A DNA stretch of 64,000 nucleotides, taken from positions 96,001 to 160,000 of the forward strand of contig CAXXVS010000001.1 in NCBI GenBank assembly GCA_963674755.2. Direction: 5' to 3'. The DNA comes from Desulfobacterales bacterium (lineage in GTDB: Bacteria > Desulfobacterota > Desulfobacteria > Desulfobacterales > UBA5852). A model generated the notes under the pieces. That model did not search any database, was not told the DNA's origin, and saw only the letters and a list, made by a program, of their open reading frames with translations. A program made the position numbers and the translations under genes. Position 1 is the stretch's first letter. The number at the start of each line of letters is the position of its first letter. Positions 38,556 through 49,579 of the stretch are shown here, piece after piece.

Positions 38556-40667
38556 ATGGAAAAATTAGTACAAACCGAGATCGGGGGACGAACCCTGAGC
38601 ATCCAGACCGGCAAACTGGCCAAACAGGCTTCAGGCGCTGCTCTGGTCCAATACGGGGAGACGATCGTCCTGGTTACCGTTGTTTCCGCCAGAGACGAAC
38701 GACCGGGTGATTTTCTTCCGCTTACGGTTGAATATCAGGAAAAAATTTATGCAGCGGGACGGATTCCCGGCAATTATTTTCGCCGGGAAATCGGGCGGCC
38801 GAGTGAAAAGGAAACCTTGACCGCGCGTTTGATCGATCGCCCGATCAGGCCGCTGTTCCCCAAAGGCTATCGCTTCGAAATCCAGGTTATCGCCACGGTG
38901 CTTTCCATGGACAAGGAAAACGATCCGGATATTTTGGCCATGATCGGCGCGTCAGCGGCGCTTGAGCTGTCTGACATCCCCTTCAGCGGACCGATTGCCA
39001 GCGTTCGTGTGGGGCGGGTCAATGGTGAACTGGTCGCCAATCCCAGCCTTTGTGATTGCGACGATTGCGATATCAATATCATCGTGGCCGGATCCCGCAC
39101 GGGCGTGGTGATGGTGGAAGGCGGGGCCGATATCGCCCGCGAGGAGGACATGCTGGAGGCGATCTATTTTGGTCACCAGGCGATCCAACCCATCATCGAT
39201 ATGCAACTGGAGTTGAAAGAGGCTTGCGGTGCTGAAAAACGCAGCTTTACGCCGCCGGAGAAAGATCCTGATCTGGTTCGGATTCTGGAGGAAAAAGCGA
39301 TCGGTCCTTTCCGCAATGCGGTGGTTATTCCGGCCAAAGTTGAGCGGAACAAAGCGCTCCGCAATCTGAAAAAAGAAATGTTGGAATCCCTTGGCGAAGC
39401 CTACGCCGAGCGACGGGATGAGGTTAATGCAATTCTGGACGAATTGCAGAAGAAGATTTGCCGGGACCTTATCCTCAAGGAGGGGCGTCGCATCGATAAC
39501 CGGCGTTTCGATGAAATTCGGCCCATTACCTGTGAGGTCGGATTGTTGCCCCGCCCCCACGGAAGTGCCCTTTTCACGCGTGGTGAAACCCAGGTCCTGG
39601 GTGTGTTGACCTTAGGCTCCGGTCAGGACGAACAGCGGGTGGAAACTCTGAGTGGTGAGGAGTTCCGCCCCTTTATGCTGCATTACAATTTTCCTCCCTA
39701 TTCGGTGGGCGAGACAAGACGCCTCGGTGGGCCCAGTCGCCGCGATATTGGCCACGGGGGCCTTTCCACGCGTGCTATCGAAAAGGTGTTGCCTGACAAG
39801 GAAGACTTTGATTACACCATTCGCCTGGTGTCGGAGGTTTTGGAATCCAACGGTTCTTCCTCAATGGGGACGGTGTGTTCCGGAACGATGGCGCTGATGG
39901 ATGGGGGTGTTCCCATCAAGGCGCCCGTGGCCGGTATTGCCATGGGGCTTGTCAAGGATGAAGATAATGTGGTTGTCCTCTCGGATATTCTAGGAGACGA
40001 AGACCATACCGGCGATATGGATTTCAAGGTTGCCGGCACCAGTGAAGGCATCACCGCCTTGCAGATGGACATCAAGATTCACGAACTTCCCAAGGAGATC
40101 CTGGCTAAAGCCCTGGAGCAGGCGCGTCAAGGGCGTCTTCACATTCTGTCCAAAATGAACGACGCCATCCAGGTGCCTCGTGACAAGATTTCCCCCTATG
40201 CACCTGCAATTTTGACGGTTGAAGTCAAACCGGACAAAATCCGGGAGATTATCGGCCCCGGCGGCAAGACGATCCGCGCGATCCAGTCGGAAACCAACAC
40301 GCGTGTCGAAATCGACGACTCGGGATTGGTTAAGATTGCAGCGGTTTCCCAGGAAGATGGGGATGCCGCCCTGAAGATGATTGGCGACATTACCATGGAG
40401 CCGGAAGTCGGCCAGGTCTACGACGGAACGGTGGTGCGCGTTATGGATTTTGGCGCTTTCGTGCAGATATTGCCCGGCACGGACGGCCTGTGCCACATTT
40501 CGCAACTGGCGACCCATCGGGTCTCCAATGTATCGGACATCGTCAAAGAGGGCGACAAGCTGCGGGTCAAGGTCCTGGAGATCAACCGCGACGGCAAGAT
40601 CAGGCTAAGCCACAAAGCCATTCTCGAAGAAGAAGGTCGACGTCCTGATGGCTCCAGTCGTAAATAA
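38556..40667 (+). CDS. pnp: Polyribonucleotide nucleotidyltransferase
   Basis: [36 protein letters not shown] and S1 domains; AGGAGG before ATG 38556. Confidence 0.97.
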   Translation: MEKLVQTEIGGRTLSIQTGKLAKQASGAALVQYGETIVLVTVVSARDERPGDFLPLTVEYQEKIYAAGRIPGNYFRREIGRPSEKETLTARLIDRPIRPLFPKGYRFEIQVIATVLSMDKENDPDILAMIGASAALELSDIPFSGPIASVRVGRVNGELVANPSLCDCDDCDINIIVAGSRTGVVMVEGGADIAREEDMLEAIYFGHQAIQPIIDMQLELKEACGAEKRSFTPPEKDPDLVRILEEKAIGPFRNAVVIPAKVERNKALRNLKKEMLESLGEAYAERRDEVNAILDELQKKICRDLILKEGRRIDNRRFDEIRPITCEVGLLPRPHGSALFTRGETQVLGVLTLGSGQDEQRVETLSGEEFRPFMLHYNFPPYSVGETRRLGGPSRRDIGHGGLSTRAIEKVLPDKEDFDYTIRLVSEVLESNGSSSMGTVCSGTMALMDGGVPIKAPVAGIAMGLVKDEDNVVVLSDILGDEDHTGDMDFKVAGTSEGITALQMDIKIHELPKEILAKALEQARQGRLHILSKMNDAIQVPRDKISPYAPAILTVEVKPDKIREIIGPGGKTIRAIQSETNTRVEIDDSGLVKIAAVSQEDGDAALKMIGDITMEPEVGQVYDGTVVRVMDFGAFVQILPGTDGLCHISQLATHRVSNVSDIVKEGDKLRVKVLEINRDGKIRLSHKAILEEEGRRPDGSSRK

Positions 40668-41916
40668 AACCGTTCTGACGAACGGCATTACGATTCTCAC
40701 CAAACACATGCCCTACGTCCGCTCCGTGTCAATGGGGGTCTGGGTCAATGTCGGTGCGCGGGACGAAAGCCTGGAGGAAAACGGACTTTCACACCTCATT
40801 GAACACATGATTTTCAAGGGGACGCGGAAGCGGACGGCCTATCAAATCGCCAAAGAATTCGATGCGATCGGAGGGCAGACCAATGCCTTCACCGCCATGG
40901 AAAACACCTGCTATCATGCGCGGGTGCTGGAATCCCATTTGGATACGATGGTTGACGTTCTGACCGACATTTTCCTGAATTCCGTTTTCGAAGCCGCGGA
41001 AGTCGAACGCGAACGTCCGGTTATCCTCCAAGAGATCGGGATGGTGGAAGACAGCCCGGAAGAATACATCCACATTCTGGCAGGCCGGAATTATTGGGGT
41101 GACAATCCCTTGGGACGCTCCATCCTGGGGTCGCCTGAGAATATCCTGCGGTTCGACGCCGAAGCGGTACGGGCCTTTTTCCGCCGCTGCTATCAGCCGG
41201 ACAGAATTCTTATCGCTGCCGCCGGCAAGGTCGATCATGATGCTTTGGTGGATCGCCTGGCCCCTGCTTTCGAAACGATTCAGCCCGGCAAGGGACTTCC
41301 CGAACGACGGACGCCCGCTGTCAGTCGGCAGATCAAGCTCTGCCAGCGCCAACTCGAGCAGGTGCATCTATGTCTGGCAGCCCCGGGAATTGCAACGACC
41401 CATCCGGAACGGTTCGCGTTTTCCCTCATGAATTCCATTCTGGGGGGGAACATGAGCTCGCGACTATTCCAGGAGATCCGGGAGAAGAGGGGGTTGGCGT
41501 ACGCGGTCTACTCCTACCTGATTTCCTATGAAGATACCGGTATGTTCGGTGTCTATGCCGGTGTGGAGCCAGCACGGGCGGTTGAAGTGACCGCCTTGAT
41601 CAGCCGCATCCTGGCTCAGATGAGGGACACGCCGGTACTCTCCGCAGAGCTCAAGGACGCCAAGGAATTCACCAAGGGCAATATGCTGTTGGCCAGTGAA
41701 AGTACGGACAACCAGATGGTCCGGCTGGCTCAGGGAGAAATCCATTACCAACGCTATGTCCCCTTGGAAGAAGTTGTCGATTACATCGACGCGGTGACAG
41801 GGGAAGACATTCAGGCACTGGCCAACAGGCTTTTCCAGGATGACCAGATGGTGCTGACCATACTGGGCCCCTTGACGGAAACGACACCATTTAAAGCCGC
41901 GTTACGGTCGCACTGA
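40648..41916 (+). CDS. M16 (pitrilysin-family) zinc peptidase
   Basis: HLIEH inverted zincin motif, [20 protein letters not shown]. Confidence 0.93.
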   Translation: MAPVVNKTVLTNGITILTKHMPYVRSVSMGVWVNVGARDESLEENGLSHLIEHMIFKGTRKRTAYQIAKEFDAIGGQTNAFTAMENTCYHARVLESHLDTMVDVLTDIFLNSVFEAAEVERERPVILQEIGMVEDSPEEYIHILAGRNYWGDNPLGRSILGSPENILRFDAEAVRAFFRRCYQPDRILIAAAGKVDHDALVDRLAPAFETIQPGKGLPERRTPAVSRQIKLCQRQLEQVHLCLAAPGIATTHPERFAFSLMNSILGGNMSSRLFQEIREKRGLAYAVYSYLISYEDTGMFGVYAGVEPARAVEVTALISRILAQMRDTPVLSAELKDAKEFTKGNMLLASESTDNQMVRLAQGEIHYQRYVPLEEVVDYIDAVTGEDIQALANRLFQDDQMVLTILGPLTETTPFKAALRSH

Positions 41917-41934
41917 TTTTTTGGCGGGTCGTCT

Positions 41935-42411
41935 ATGAAAGCAAGCCACCAACCCACCATCGCTTTCCGGCGCCTGCGGCCAGCGATAGATGCCGATATT
42001 CCGCTTCCCCGCTATATGACGGAACAAGCCGCTGGAATGGATATCCATGCGGCCGTGGCAGCCCCGCTGACGTTGCAAATGCGGGAGATCGCTCTTGTCC
42101 CGACCGGGTTTGCCATGGCTCTGCCAGTCGGTTACGAAGCGCAAATCCGGCCGCGGAGCGGCCTGGCGGTGAAGCACGGCATCGGACTCATCAATTCGCC
42201 AGGCACCATCGATGCCGATTACCGGGGAGAAGTTAAAATCGCCCTGATCAATCTGGGGCCGCGATCGTACACGATTGAGCGCGGTGATCGCATCGCCCAA
42301 ATGGTGATCCAGCAAATCTGCCGTTTTCAATTAGAGGTTGTGGAAGACCTTCCGCCGACCGAGCGTAATCAGGGCGGCTTTGGTCATACCGGTCTTCGTG
42401 GTGAGCCCTGA
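41935..42411 (+). CDS. dut: dUTPase
   Basis: [31 protein letters not shown]. Confidence 0.96.
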   Translation: MKASHQPTIAFRRLRPAIDADIPLPRYMTEQAAGMDIHAAVAAPLTLQMREIALVPTGFAMALPVGYEAQIRPRSGLAVKHGIGLINSPGTIDADYRGEVKIALINLGPRSYTIERGDRIAQMVIQQICRFQLEVVEDLPPTERNQGGFGHTGLRGEP

Positions 42412-42517
42412 GCATTTGCATGCGGCCGCACGCGCGGCAACCTTCGATGCTAGGCCGCTATTGCCGTCACCAATGCTCTGAATGCGCTGTCGACTGGAAT
42501 TTTTTGGGGTGAGTCCC

Positions 42518-43339
42518 ATGAATCGGGTGGCAGGAAAATCGGCTGTCAGGCAAGACGGTCGCACCGCTAGCCCTCTGTCCGTCTGCATGCTGGCGAGCGG
42601 CAGCAAAGGCAACTGCATTCATATCGCCGCTGGAGACAAGGCGATTCTTGTGGACGCCGGCTTGAGCGGCCGCGAAATAGAACGGCGCATGGTGCAGCGC
42701 GATTTGCAGCCTGATGCGCTTCAGGCCATTATTGTCTCCCATGAGCATATCGATCATATTCGCGGCGTGGGGGTCCTGGCGCGGCGCTATAAGCTGCCTG
42801 TTTACCTGTCAAACGAAACAGCATGTGCCGCCCTGGCGTCTTTGGGAAAACTGCCGCATTTTTTCCACTTCCAGGCCGGAAAACCGTTCCACCTCTCCCC
42901 CTTTATGATTCATCCCTTCAATGTCTCCCACGACGCCGTCGATCCGGTCGGGTTCACCATCAGTACGAATGGGGGCCGGATCGGCATCGCCACCGATCTT
43001 GGCATCGCGACAGGGCTTGTGCGAGAGCATCTGAAAGGCTGCCATCTTCTCGTTCTTGAAGCCAATCACGACCTCGATATGTTGGCTAACGGTCCCTACC
43101 CCTGGCCGTTGAAGCAGAGAATAAAGGGTCGCAGTGGCCATCTTTCCAACGATGCCGCCGAAGCCTTGCTGCGCTCCGTGATGACGGTGGATCTGCGTTA
43201 TGTCATTTTGGGCCATTTGAGTGAAACCAACAATACCGCCAAGCAGGCACTCAAGATTGTCCGCAAAGCGATCGACGGGCATGATATCCGTCTTCTTGTG
43301 GCCGAACAGGACCACTCCGGTCCGGTTGTCATGTTGTAA
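42518..43339 (+). CDS. MBL-fold metallohydrolase (YycJ/WalJ-like)
   Basis: LASGSKGN, SHEHIDH, SHDA, LEANHD, GHLSN; start uncertain. Confidence 0.9.
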   Translation: MNRVAGKSAVRQDGRTASPLSVCMLASGSKGNCIHIAAGDKAILVDAGLSGREIERRMVQRDLQPDALQAIIVSHEHIDHIRGVGVLARRYKLPVYLSNETACAALASLGKLPHFFHFQAGKPFHLSPFMIHPFNVSHDAVDPVGFTISTNGGRIGIATDLGIATGLVREHLKGCHLLVLEANHDLDMLANGPYPWPLKQRIKGRSGHLSNDAAEALLRSVMTVDLRYVILGHLSETNNTAKQALKIVRKAIDGHDIRLLVAEQDHSGPVVML

Positions 43340-43569
43340 AACGCTACACCCCATTTCGTGTCATCCGAAATCACGGTACACAATTTGTTGCGATTGGTTT
43401 TTTGGCCGGTATTCGAGGGGCTTAGGGAAGCTTATTTTTTTTGTTAGAGATTTTTTTACCCATTCAACCATATATTGTGCCGATGCTCCCCGTAATATAC
43501 TACAGAATCCACAGCGATGGCCATATGGATAAATTTCTTCATAAAATTCAATAGGTCACAGCCGGCCCA

Positions 43570-45801
43570 TTGTTGAACTCCCCTATTTTCTGTGCTAATT
43601 TTAGTCTCTACCAAGCCGAATTATTTAGAAATGCCCTTGCTGTTGCGCAGGAAGCGAGTGCTGTGTCCGATTCTTTTAGGAATGAAAGTTCTTGCATTAT
43701 GGGAAAGACCTATCGCCAAGGTACGACGCTAGCCTCTGAAACCGAAGCAGCCCCCGATCATGGCCATGGAATTTCAGAACCATCCGTTGAACCTCTAAAT
43801 TCTGAGGACGTCCATCAATCGCGGCTGAAGATGGACTACTTGATTAACAAGATCAACTATATCAACTTCCAGAACGGAACGCTTCAGGTTGTCATGGCGC
43901 ATCGTCGTTTTGAGCGCACGTTGACGGCCAAAGCGCGTCCACTGCCTTGCTGCGACGCCCATTTGAGATGTGAATGGCTGGAACCCGAGAAGATCGCGCC
44001 TTTGGTCGCGAACTATCGGTTTACGTCTTTCTTTGTCGATGACGGCGCCACAGCCATCAGGGTCGAGGCCCTTGCCATCAAGATGGATGCCGATGGGCTC
44101 GAGGTTGAACTGCCGGAACTATGCTGGGAGATCACAAACCGACGCGAGGCAAGGATCAATTGTGAGAGCGTACCCGTCCAGGTTATCCAACACAGTATGC
44201 TTTTCCGGGGCACCCTGTTGGAGTTTAGCACAGGGTCCTTTCTCGTCGAGCTCGATATCAATCCACCCCAGACATTTCAGTGCCTCGATCACAAACAGCC
44301 GCTAAACTTAATTATCTATGATGGCAGCGATCTCATCTATTCCGGCGACTTCCGAATATTGAAGCATGACAACGGCCGAGGGCGGCGGCGGTTCGTTTTG
44401 GAGCCCCAAGTCCAGTCGATTCATCGCTATATTCCCAAAACCTACCGCAGCAAACGGCTGAAGTTAAAGCCCACGCCGAACATTGTTTTTCAACACCCCC
44501 TTACCCGCCAAACCGTAAATCTCAAAGTTCAAGATCTATCCGGTTCCGGGATTTCGGTGGTGGAAGGGGTGGGCAATTCGCTGCTGCTCCCAGGCATGAT
44601 GCTGCCGGATATCGAGTTGATTTTCGCCGACAGCTTGACCATTCGCTTTAAGGCACAGGTGCTCTATCGCAACATGTCAGGCAGCGATGAAGACGCCGGC
44701 GATATCACCAATGGGCTGGCGATTATCGACATGGACAGCAACGAGCACCTGAAACTGCTGTCGCTTTTACACCAGGCGGACAATAAGAATTCCTACATCA
44801 ACACGCGCGTTGAGATGGATGCCCTTTGGGACTTCTTTTTCGAAACCGGTTTCATCTATCCCAAAAAGTACGCCTATATTCAAGCCAACAAAGAGAAGAT
44901 AAAAGAGACCTACTGGAAGCTCTACACACAAAACCCAACCATCGCGCGGCATTTCATCTATCAGGCCAAAGGCCGTATTATGGCGCACATGGCCATGGTA
45001 CGGCTATATGAAAATGCCTGGCTGATTCATCACCATGCCGCCCGTAAACGTTCCATGGTCCGTGCGGGACTGACCGTGTTGAATCAGATCGGCTGCTTTA
45101 CCTATGACTCGCATCGTCTTTACTCAATGCACATGAAGTACTTGATGTGCTATTTCCGGCCGGAGAATCATTTCCCCAACAGCGTGTTCGGTGGTTTCAA
45201 CCGCTATGCAAAGGATCAGCAAGGCTGTTCGATTGATGAATTTGCCTACTGTCACTTTCCGAAAGATTCGGATGTTTTTGAAGTTTTGCCGCCTGAATGG
45301 GAACTTTCAGAGTGTCACTCCGCGGATCTTCAAGAGCTGTGCCATTGGTATGATCACTCTGCCGGTGGGCTCATGCTTGATTGCCTCGATCTTGACCCGC
45401 AATCCTTTGATTCCCGCGATTTGATAAACGAATATCAACGACATGGATTTGAGAAAGAGCGTGTCGTTCTTGCGATACGGCGCAACAATCAGTTATGTGC
45501 CTGTCTCGTTATTAACCGTTCCAATATTGGATTAAATCTTTCGGACTTAACAAATTGTGTTAAAGTCCTTATCGTTGACAGATCCCATATAAACAGGTCG
45601 ATATTAGAGAATGCCTTACGGCGCATTTTCCGAGACTATAAGCTAAAAGCAGATATGCCGGTTCTGATTTATCCTGTGAAAGTGGCTGAAGAGCTGGGAA
45701 TACCCTTCGAGAAAAAATACTGCTTGTGGATATTAAATACACGTTATTCAGATAAGTATTTCAAGTTTATTGACCGGATGTTTCGTCTTGCTGCAAATTA
45801 G
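43570..45801 (+). CDS. Multidomain protein: tandem PilZ-like domains plus a C-terminal region predicted GNAT-like
   Basis: RREAR...EFSTGS and RSKR...DLSGSG PilZ-type motifs; about 330-aa alpha/beta C-terminus. True start may be GTG 43663 or ATG 43699. Confidence 0.75.
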   Translation: MLNSPIFCANFSLYQAELFRNALAVAQEASAVSDSFRNESSCIMGKTYRQGTTLASETEAAPDHGHGISEPSVEPLNSEDVHQSRLKMDYLINKINYINFQNGTLQVVMAHRRFERTLTAKARPLPCCDAHLRCEWLEPEKIAPLVANYRFTSFFVDDGATAIRVEALAIKMDADGLEVELPELCWEITNRREARINCESVPVQVIQHSMLFRGTLLEFSTGSFLVELDINPPQTFQCLDHKQPLNLIIYDGSDLIYSGDFRILKHDNGRGRRRFVLEPQVQSIHRYIPKTYRSKRLKLKPTPNIVFQHPLTRQTVNLKVQDLSGSGISVVEGVGNSLLLPGMMLPDIELIFADSLTIRFKAQVLYRNMSGSDEDAGDITNGLAIIDMDSNEHLKLLSLLHQADNKNSYINTRVEMDALWDFFFETGFIYPKKYAYIQANKEKIKETYWKLYTQNPTIARHFIYQAKGRIMAHMAMVRLYENAWLIHHHAARKRSMVRAGLTVLNQIGCFTYDSHRLYSMHMKYLMCYFRPENHFPNSVFGGFNRYAKDQQGCSIDEFAYCHFPKDSDVFEVLPPEWELSECHSADLQELCHWYDHSAGGLMLDCLDLDPQSFDSRDLINEYQRHGFEKERVVLAIRRNNQLCACLVINRSNIGLNLSDLTNCVKVLIVDRSHINRSILENALRRIFRDYKLKADMPVLIYPVKVAEELGIPFEKKYCLWILNTRYSDKYFKFIDRMFRLAAN

Positions 45802-45956
45802 GTATTATTGCGACTATCGTGAAACATAGTCGATAGCTCTTTTTGCATGACACTGTTCCTATAAAGCGTAAATATATGCTTAACCCATTCCTACATGGCA
45901 TTTCTGCACACTCGTTAGACGCAGCCATAGATGCTGCCGATGCAAAGGTGGCTGAA

Positions 45957-47930
45957 ATGAATGAACCGGACCCACAGGGGGGGGATGACTCCGTTTCCAG
46001 GAACAGGGATAATGTACCGCTATATAACAGCCGGATCATCGACAACTATGTCAAGCTGATAAAGAAGCATTATCGGCATATCGACATTGGTGACGTGCTT
46101 AAACACGCCGGGATTACGTCTTACGAAATTGCCGATCAGGGCCACTGGTTTACACAAAATCAAATTAATTTATTCCATCACCGCCTCTCCCAACTAACGG
46201 GCAATGAAGGCATCGCCAGAGAAGCCGGCCGTTTTGCCGCCTCACCAAATTCCCTGGGTATTGTAAGGCAGTATGTTTTAGGGATGCTTGATCCTTCCCG
46301 GGCCTACGCAATCATTGGAAAGATGGCCGCCAACATCACCCGTTCGAGCCGCTTCGAATCTAAGAAAGTATCCTCAAACAAGGTCGAAATAAGAGTTCAT
46401 GTCAATGAAGGCGTTTGTGAAAGGCCTTTTCAGTGCGAGAACCGAATGGGGTTCTTCGAATCCGTTACCTTGGCCTTCAGCAACCGTCTCCCCTCCATCG
46501 AGCATCCCGAGTGTATTTTTCGTGGTGATGACTGCTGCCGATATATCATTTCGTGGGAAAAATCACCTTCCGGAATGATTAAGCGTGTGCGGAATATCCT
46601 TTTGCTTGTATTGTCATCGGTTTTTTTGTTGGGTGTGATGGCCAATATCCATGCTGCCATTGCCATCGTTTTGCCGTTGTCCCTTTTTGGTTTATTCGGC
46701 CTTAGCCTTTTTGCAGAATTTCTAGAGAAAAACGAACTCAAGACAACCTTGAGTAATTTGCGTAATTCAAGCGAAAACTTGATCGATCAGATCAACATGA
46801 ATTATAATAACAGTTTACTGACCAATGAAATTGGTCTAGCGATTACGCAAAAGACCAGCGTTGCTGAAATTCTGGGCGAGGTCATTGGGATTTTTAAAAA
46901 ACGCTTGGACTATGATCGCGGTATCATACTTCTGGCCAACGAAAATCGTTCTGTTTTGGAATACAGCGCAGGCTATGGTTATTCCGAAAACCTGCTGCGA
47001 ATGGCTCGAAAAATCAATTTCCGGCTTGATAATCCAGATTCCACAGGGGTTTTCGTGGTATCGTTCAGGGAGAAAAAGCCTTTTCTTATTAACAATGTCG
47101 ACGAGATCGAAGGGCAGATGTCCCCGCGAAGCCGAGAGTTTGTACGACTGACCGGGGCGGAAGCGTTTATTTGTTGTCCCATCATGAGCGATGGGCAGCC
47201 GATCGGTATTCTTGCCGTCGACAATGTGAAAAGCAAGCGGCCCCTCGTCCAAAGTGATATGAGCATGCTGATGGGGATAGCGTCGATTTTAGGGGTTAGC
47301 ATTAGGAATGCAGACCTCATTAAAAGCAAAGTCGGACAGTTCAACTCTATCTTGCGCGTACTGGCAGCCACAATTGATGCTCGGGATCCACTAACCGCGG
47401 GCCATTCTGAAAAAGTAACCGAGTATGCGATAGGGATCTGTGAAGAGATGGGACTGCCGGGCGATTACCGCGAGATGATCCGTGTGGCTGCTCTTTTGCA
47501 CGACTATGGGAAAATCGGCGTTCCCGACGCCATTCTAAAAAAGCCCGGGAAGTTGACCACGGAAGAATTCGAGATCGTTAAAACGCATGCCCAACGAACC
47601 AAAGAAATTTTGGAGCAGGTCAATTTTGAGGGGATTTTTGAACAGGTTCCCAAAATAGCTGGTGCCCACCATGAGAAAATCGACGGTTCGGGCTACCCCC
47701 TTGGGTTAAAAAATCAGGAGATACCGATGGGGGCCCGGATAATTGCCGTGGCCGATTTTTTTGAAGCCATTACCAGCCGACGCCATTACCGTAACCCCAT
47801 GTTTATCGAAAAGGCGCTGTTAATCCTTCGCAAAAATAGTGGCATCCAATTCGATAAGCAAGTTGTTTCCGCCTTTATCGCCTATTATCGCAAAAAACAT
47901 TCCTGCGACGTTATATCCCTGGCCTCCTAA
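45957..47930 (+). CDS. HD-GYP cyclic-dinucleotide phosphodiesterase with V4R/H-NOX-like sensor, 2 TM helices and GAF domain
   Basis: QCEN...EHPECIFRGDDCCRY (V4R), hydrophobic hairpin, GAF (PIGILAVDN), TAGHS, HDYGK, HHEKIDGSGYP, AVAD. ATG 45957 preferred over 45843. Confidence 0.9.
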   Translation: MNEPDPQGGDDSVSRNRDNVPLYNSRIIDNYVKLIKKHYRHIDIGDVLKHAGITSYEIADQGHWFTQNQINLFHHRLSQLTGNEGIAREAGRFAASPNSLGIVRQYVLGMLDPSRAYAIIGKMAANITRSSRFESKKVSSNKVEIRVHVNEGVCERPFQCENRMGFFESVTLAFSNRLPSIEHPECIFRGDDCCRYIISWEKSPSGMIKRVRNILLLVLSSVFLLGVMANIHAAIAIVLPLSLFGLFGLSLFAEFLEKNELKTTLSNLRNSSENLIDQINMNYNNSLLTNEIGLAITQKTSVAEILGEVIGIFKKRLDYDRGIILLANENRSVLEYSAGYGYSENLLRMARKINFRLDNPDSTGVFVVSFREKKPFLINNVDEIEGQMSPRSREFVRLTGAEAFICCPIMSDGQPIGILAVDNVKSKRPLVQSDMSMLMGIASILGVSIRNADLIKSKVGQFNSILRVLAATIDARDPLTAGHSEKVTEYAIGICEEMGLPGDYREMIRVAALLHDYGKIGVPDAILKKPGKLTTEEFEIVKTHAQRTKEILEQVNFEGIFEQVPKIAGAHHEKIDGSGYPLGLKNQEIPMGARIIAVADFFEAITSRRHYRNPMFIEKALLILRKNSGIQFDKQVVSAFIAYYRKKHSCDVISLAS

Positions 47931-48075
47931 AGAAAACCACTTCCGCATTGCTGACCGTTTGCTGGGTAGCCCTCAACTCTATCACGAGTAACGGCAAAAT
48001 CGGCTGATAGTGACACGAAACGATGCTATGTCGATCGGACGGATTGCGGCAGTCCCCGGGCGGGCGCGCCTGTCA

Positions 48076-49452
48076 CTATCCTTTGGGCGGCTTACGGTTG
48101 GCGGGTTCTTTCCCGAAGCGCTGGAAATGCTCTGATTTGAGAAAAGCTTTGCGGTAGGACGCGTTGATGCGGTACGCCATGATTGTCGCAATGAGATCAC
48201 GTGTGGTCCAGAGTGTATTGAGTGTCCGTTTGATGGTTTGGCGCGGGCTGTAGAAGATTTTACGCAGGGTTGTAAATTCCCGATAAACGTCCTGGCGGGA
48301 CATGTTGTGTGGCTCGAAGACCAAGCGTGAGAGACGATAGTCTTTCCAGGCCCTGGGAAAGTCGGTATCAATAATGCGACCGTCCTTCATCAAAGCGTTC
48401 CACAGATGGGTGCCCGGCAAGGGGGTCGGCTTGGTGGTCTGGATGATATCGATTCCAGTGGACTGAATGAATTGTGAGGTCGCTTTGAAGATAGCGGGGT
48501 TGCTATTGTCACCACCCAGGACGAAGGCCGCCAGGATGGCGATGCCGGCTCGGCGAATATTGCGAACGAGCTCGGTGTACCGGTGGTGTTCAAGATGCTT
48601 TAAGTTGATGTTCTTTTTATAATCCCGAAGACTTTGGGGGTCCACGGATTCCATGCCGATCAAGGCGACTTTGATGCCGGCCTGCGCGGCGAGTTTCAAT
48701 AATTCAGGATCTTCGCCAAGCTGCAGGGATGACTGGACGAAGAAGTACCGATTCAGTTTGAGATCGATAACCTTTCGAAAAAACGCTTTGGCCCATGCGA
48801 TATCTTTGGGGCCGTGGCCGATGATATTGTCGTCGGCAATCAAGATTTTTTTCTGGGGGATTTCCTGCAATTCTTGGATTACGGCATCCAGGTTCCGCCG
48901 TCGAAATCGTCGCCCATTGAAAGCGGTTACGGAGCAGAATGTGCAATCCATCGGACAGCCACGCGATGTCTGGATGCTTCCCCAACTATAAAAAGAATTC
49001 TTGAGAATATCCCTGCGAGGCAAGGGGAGCGCGGACAAATCCTGCCATTCCCCTTCATAGCGTCGCTGCATCTTCCCGGCTTCCAAATCCTGGAGCAGCC
49101 GTGGCCATACGGTTTCCGCCTCGCCAACGACGACGGCAGTGCAAAATTTAAGCGCCTCTTCAGGCATCATGGATACATGAATGCCCCCCATGATGGTTGG
49201 GATGCCACGGGATCGGTAGTGTTGCGCAATCTGGTAGGCGCGAAATACCGAAGACGTCATGGCGGTGATCCCGACGACGTCGGCATCCTGGTGCACAAAG
49301 GGTTCGATGTTTTCGTCAATAACCTGGATGTCGTAATGGGGCGGGGTCACGGCGGCAATATACGGAAGGTTGAGGGGCGGCCAAGTGGTTGCCCTAATAT
49401 TGCCCAGAACCGTATGGTCGATCGCGGGGTTGATCAGCAGAAGTTTTGGCAT
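48076..49452 (-). CDS. Cobalamin-binding radical SAM protein
   Basis: N-terminal B12-binding domain (PPLNL, VGIT, MGGIH, GEAE), RGCPMDCTFC, DDN, GMES, PLPGT. Confidence 0.92.
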   Translation of the reverse strand: MPKLLLINPAIDHTVLGNIRATTWPPLNLPYIAAVTPPHYDIQVIDENIEPFVHQDADVVGITAMTSSVFRAYQIAQHYRSRGIPTIMGGIHVSMMPEEALKFCTAVVVGEAETVWPRLLQDLEAGKMQRRYEGEWQDLSALPLPRRDILKNSFYSWGSIQTSRGCPMDCTFCSVTAFNGRRFRRRNLDAVIQELQEIPQKKILIADDNIIGHGPKDIAWAKAFFRKVIDLKLNRYFFVQSSLQLGEDPELLKLAAQAGIKVALIGMESVDPQSLRDYKKNINLKHLEHHRYTELVRNIRRAGIAILAAFVLGGDNSNPAIFKATSQFIQSTGIDIIQTTKPTPLPGTHLWNALMKDGRIIDTDFPRAWKDYRLSRLVFEPHNMSRQDVYREFTTLRKIFYSPRQTIKRTLNTLWTTRDLIATIMAYRINASYRKAFLKSEHFQRFGKEPANRKPPKG

Positions 49453-49579
49453 TTTAAATCAAATCGCACGGCATTTAAAAAATCCACCCGAGCTTAGTGT
49501 GATACCAGCGATACGGGCTTGGCATCGTTAATGGTTTTGGCGCATGCCGAGGGTGTCTTACGGCGGAAGCACATTGTTG

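Noticed and set aside
43460..43490. Sigma28 promoter (GCCGAT) upstream of the PilZ protein
   Set aside because: No TAAA-like -35 at the required spacing.
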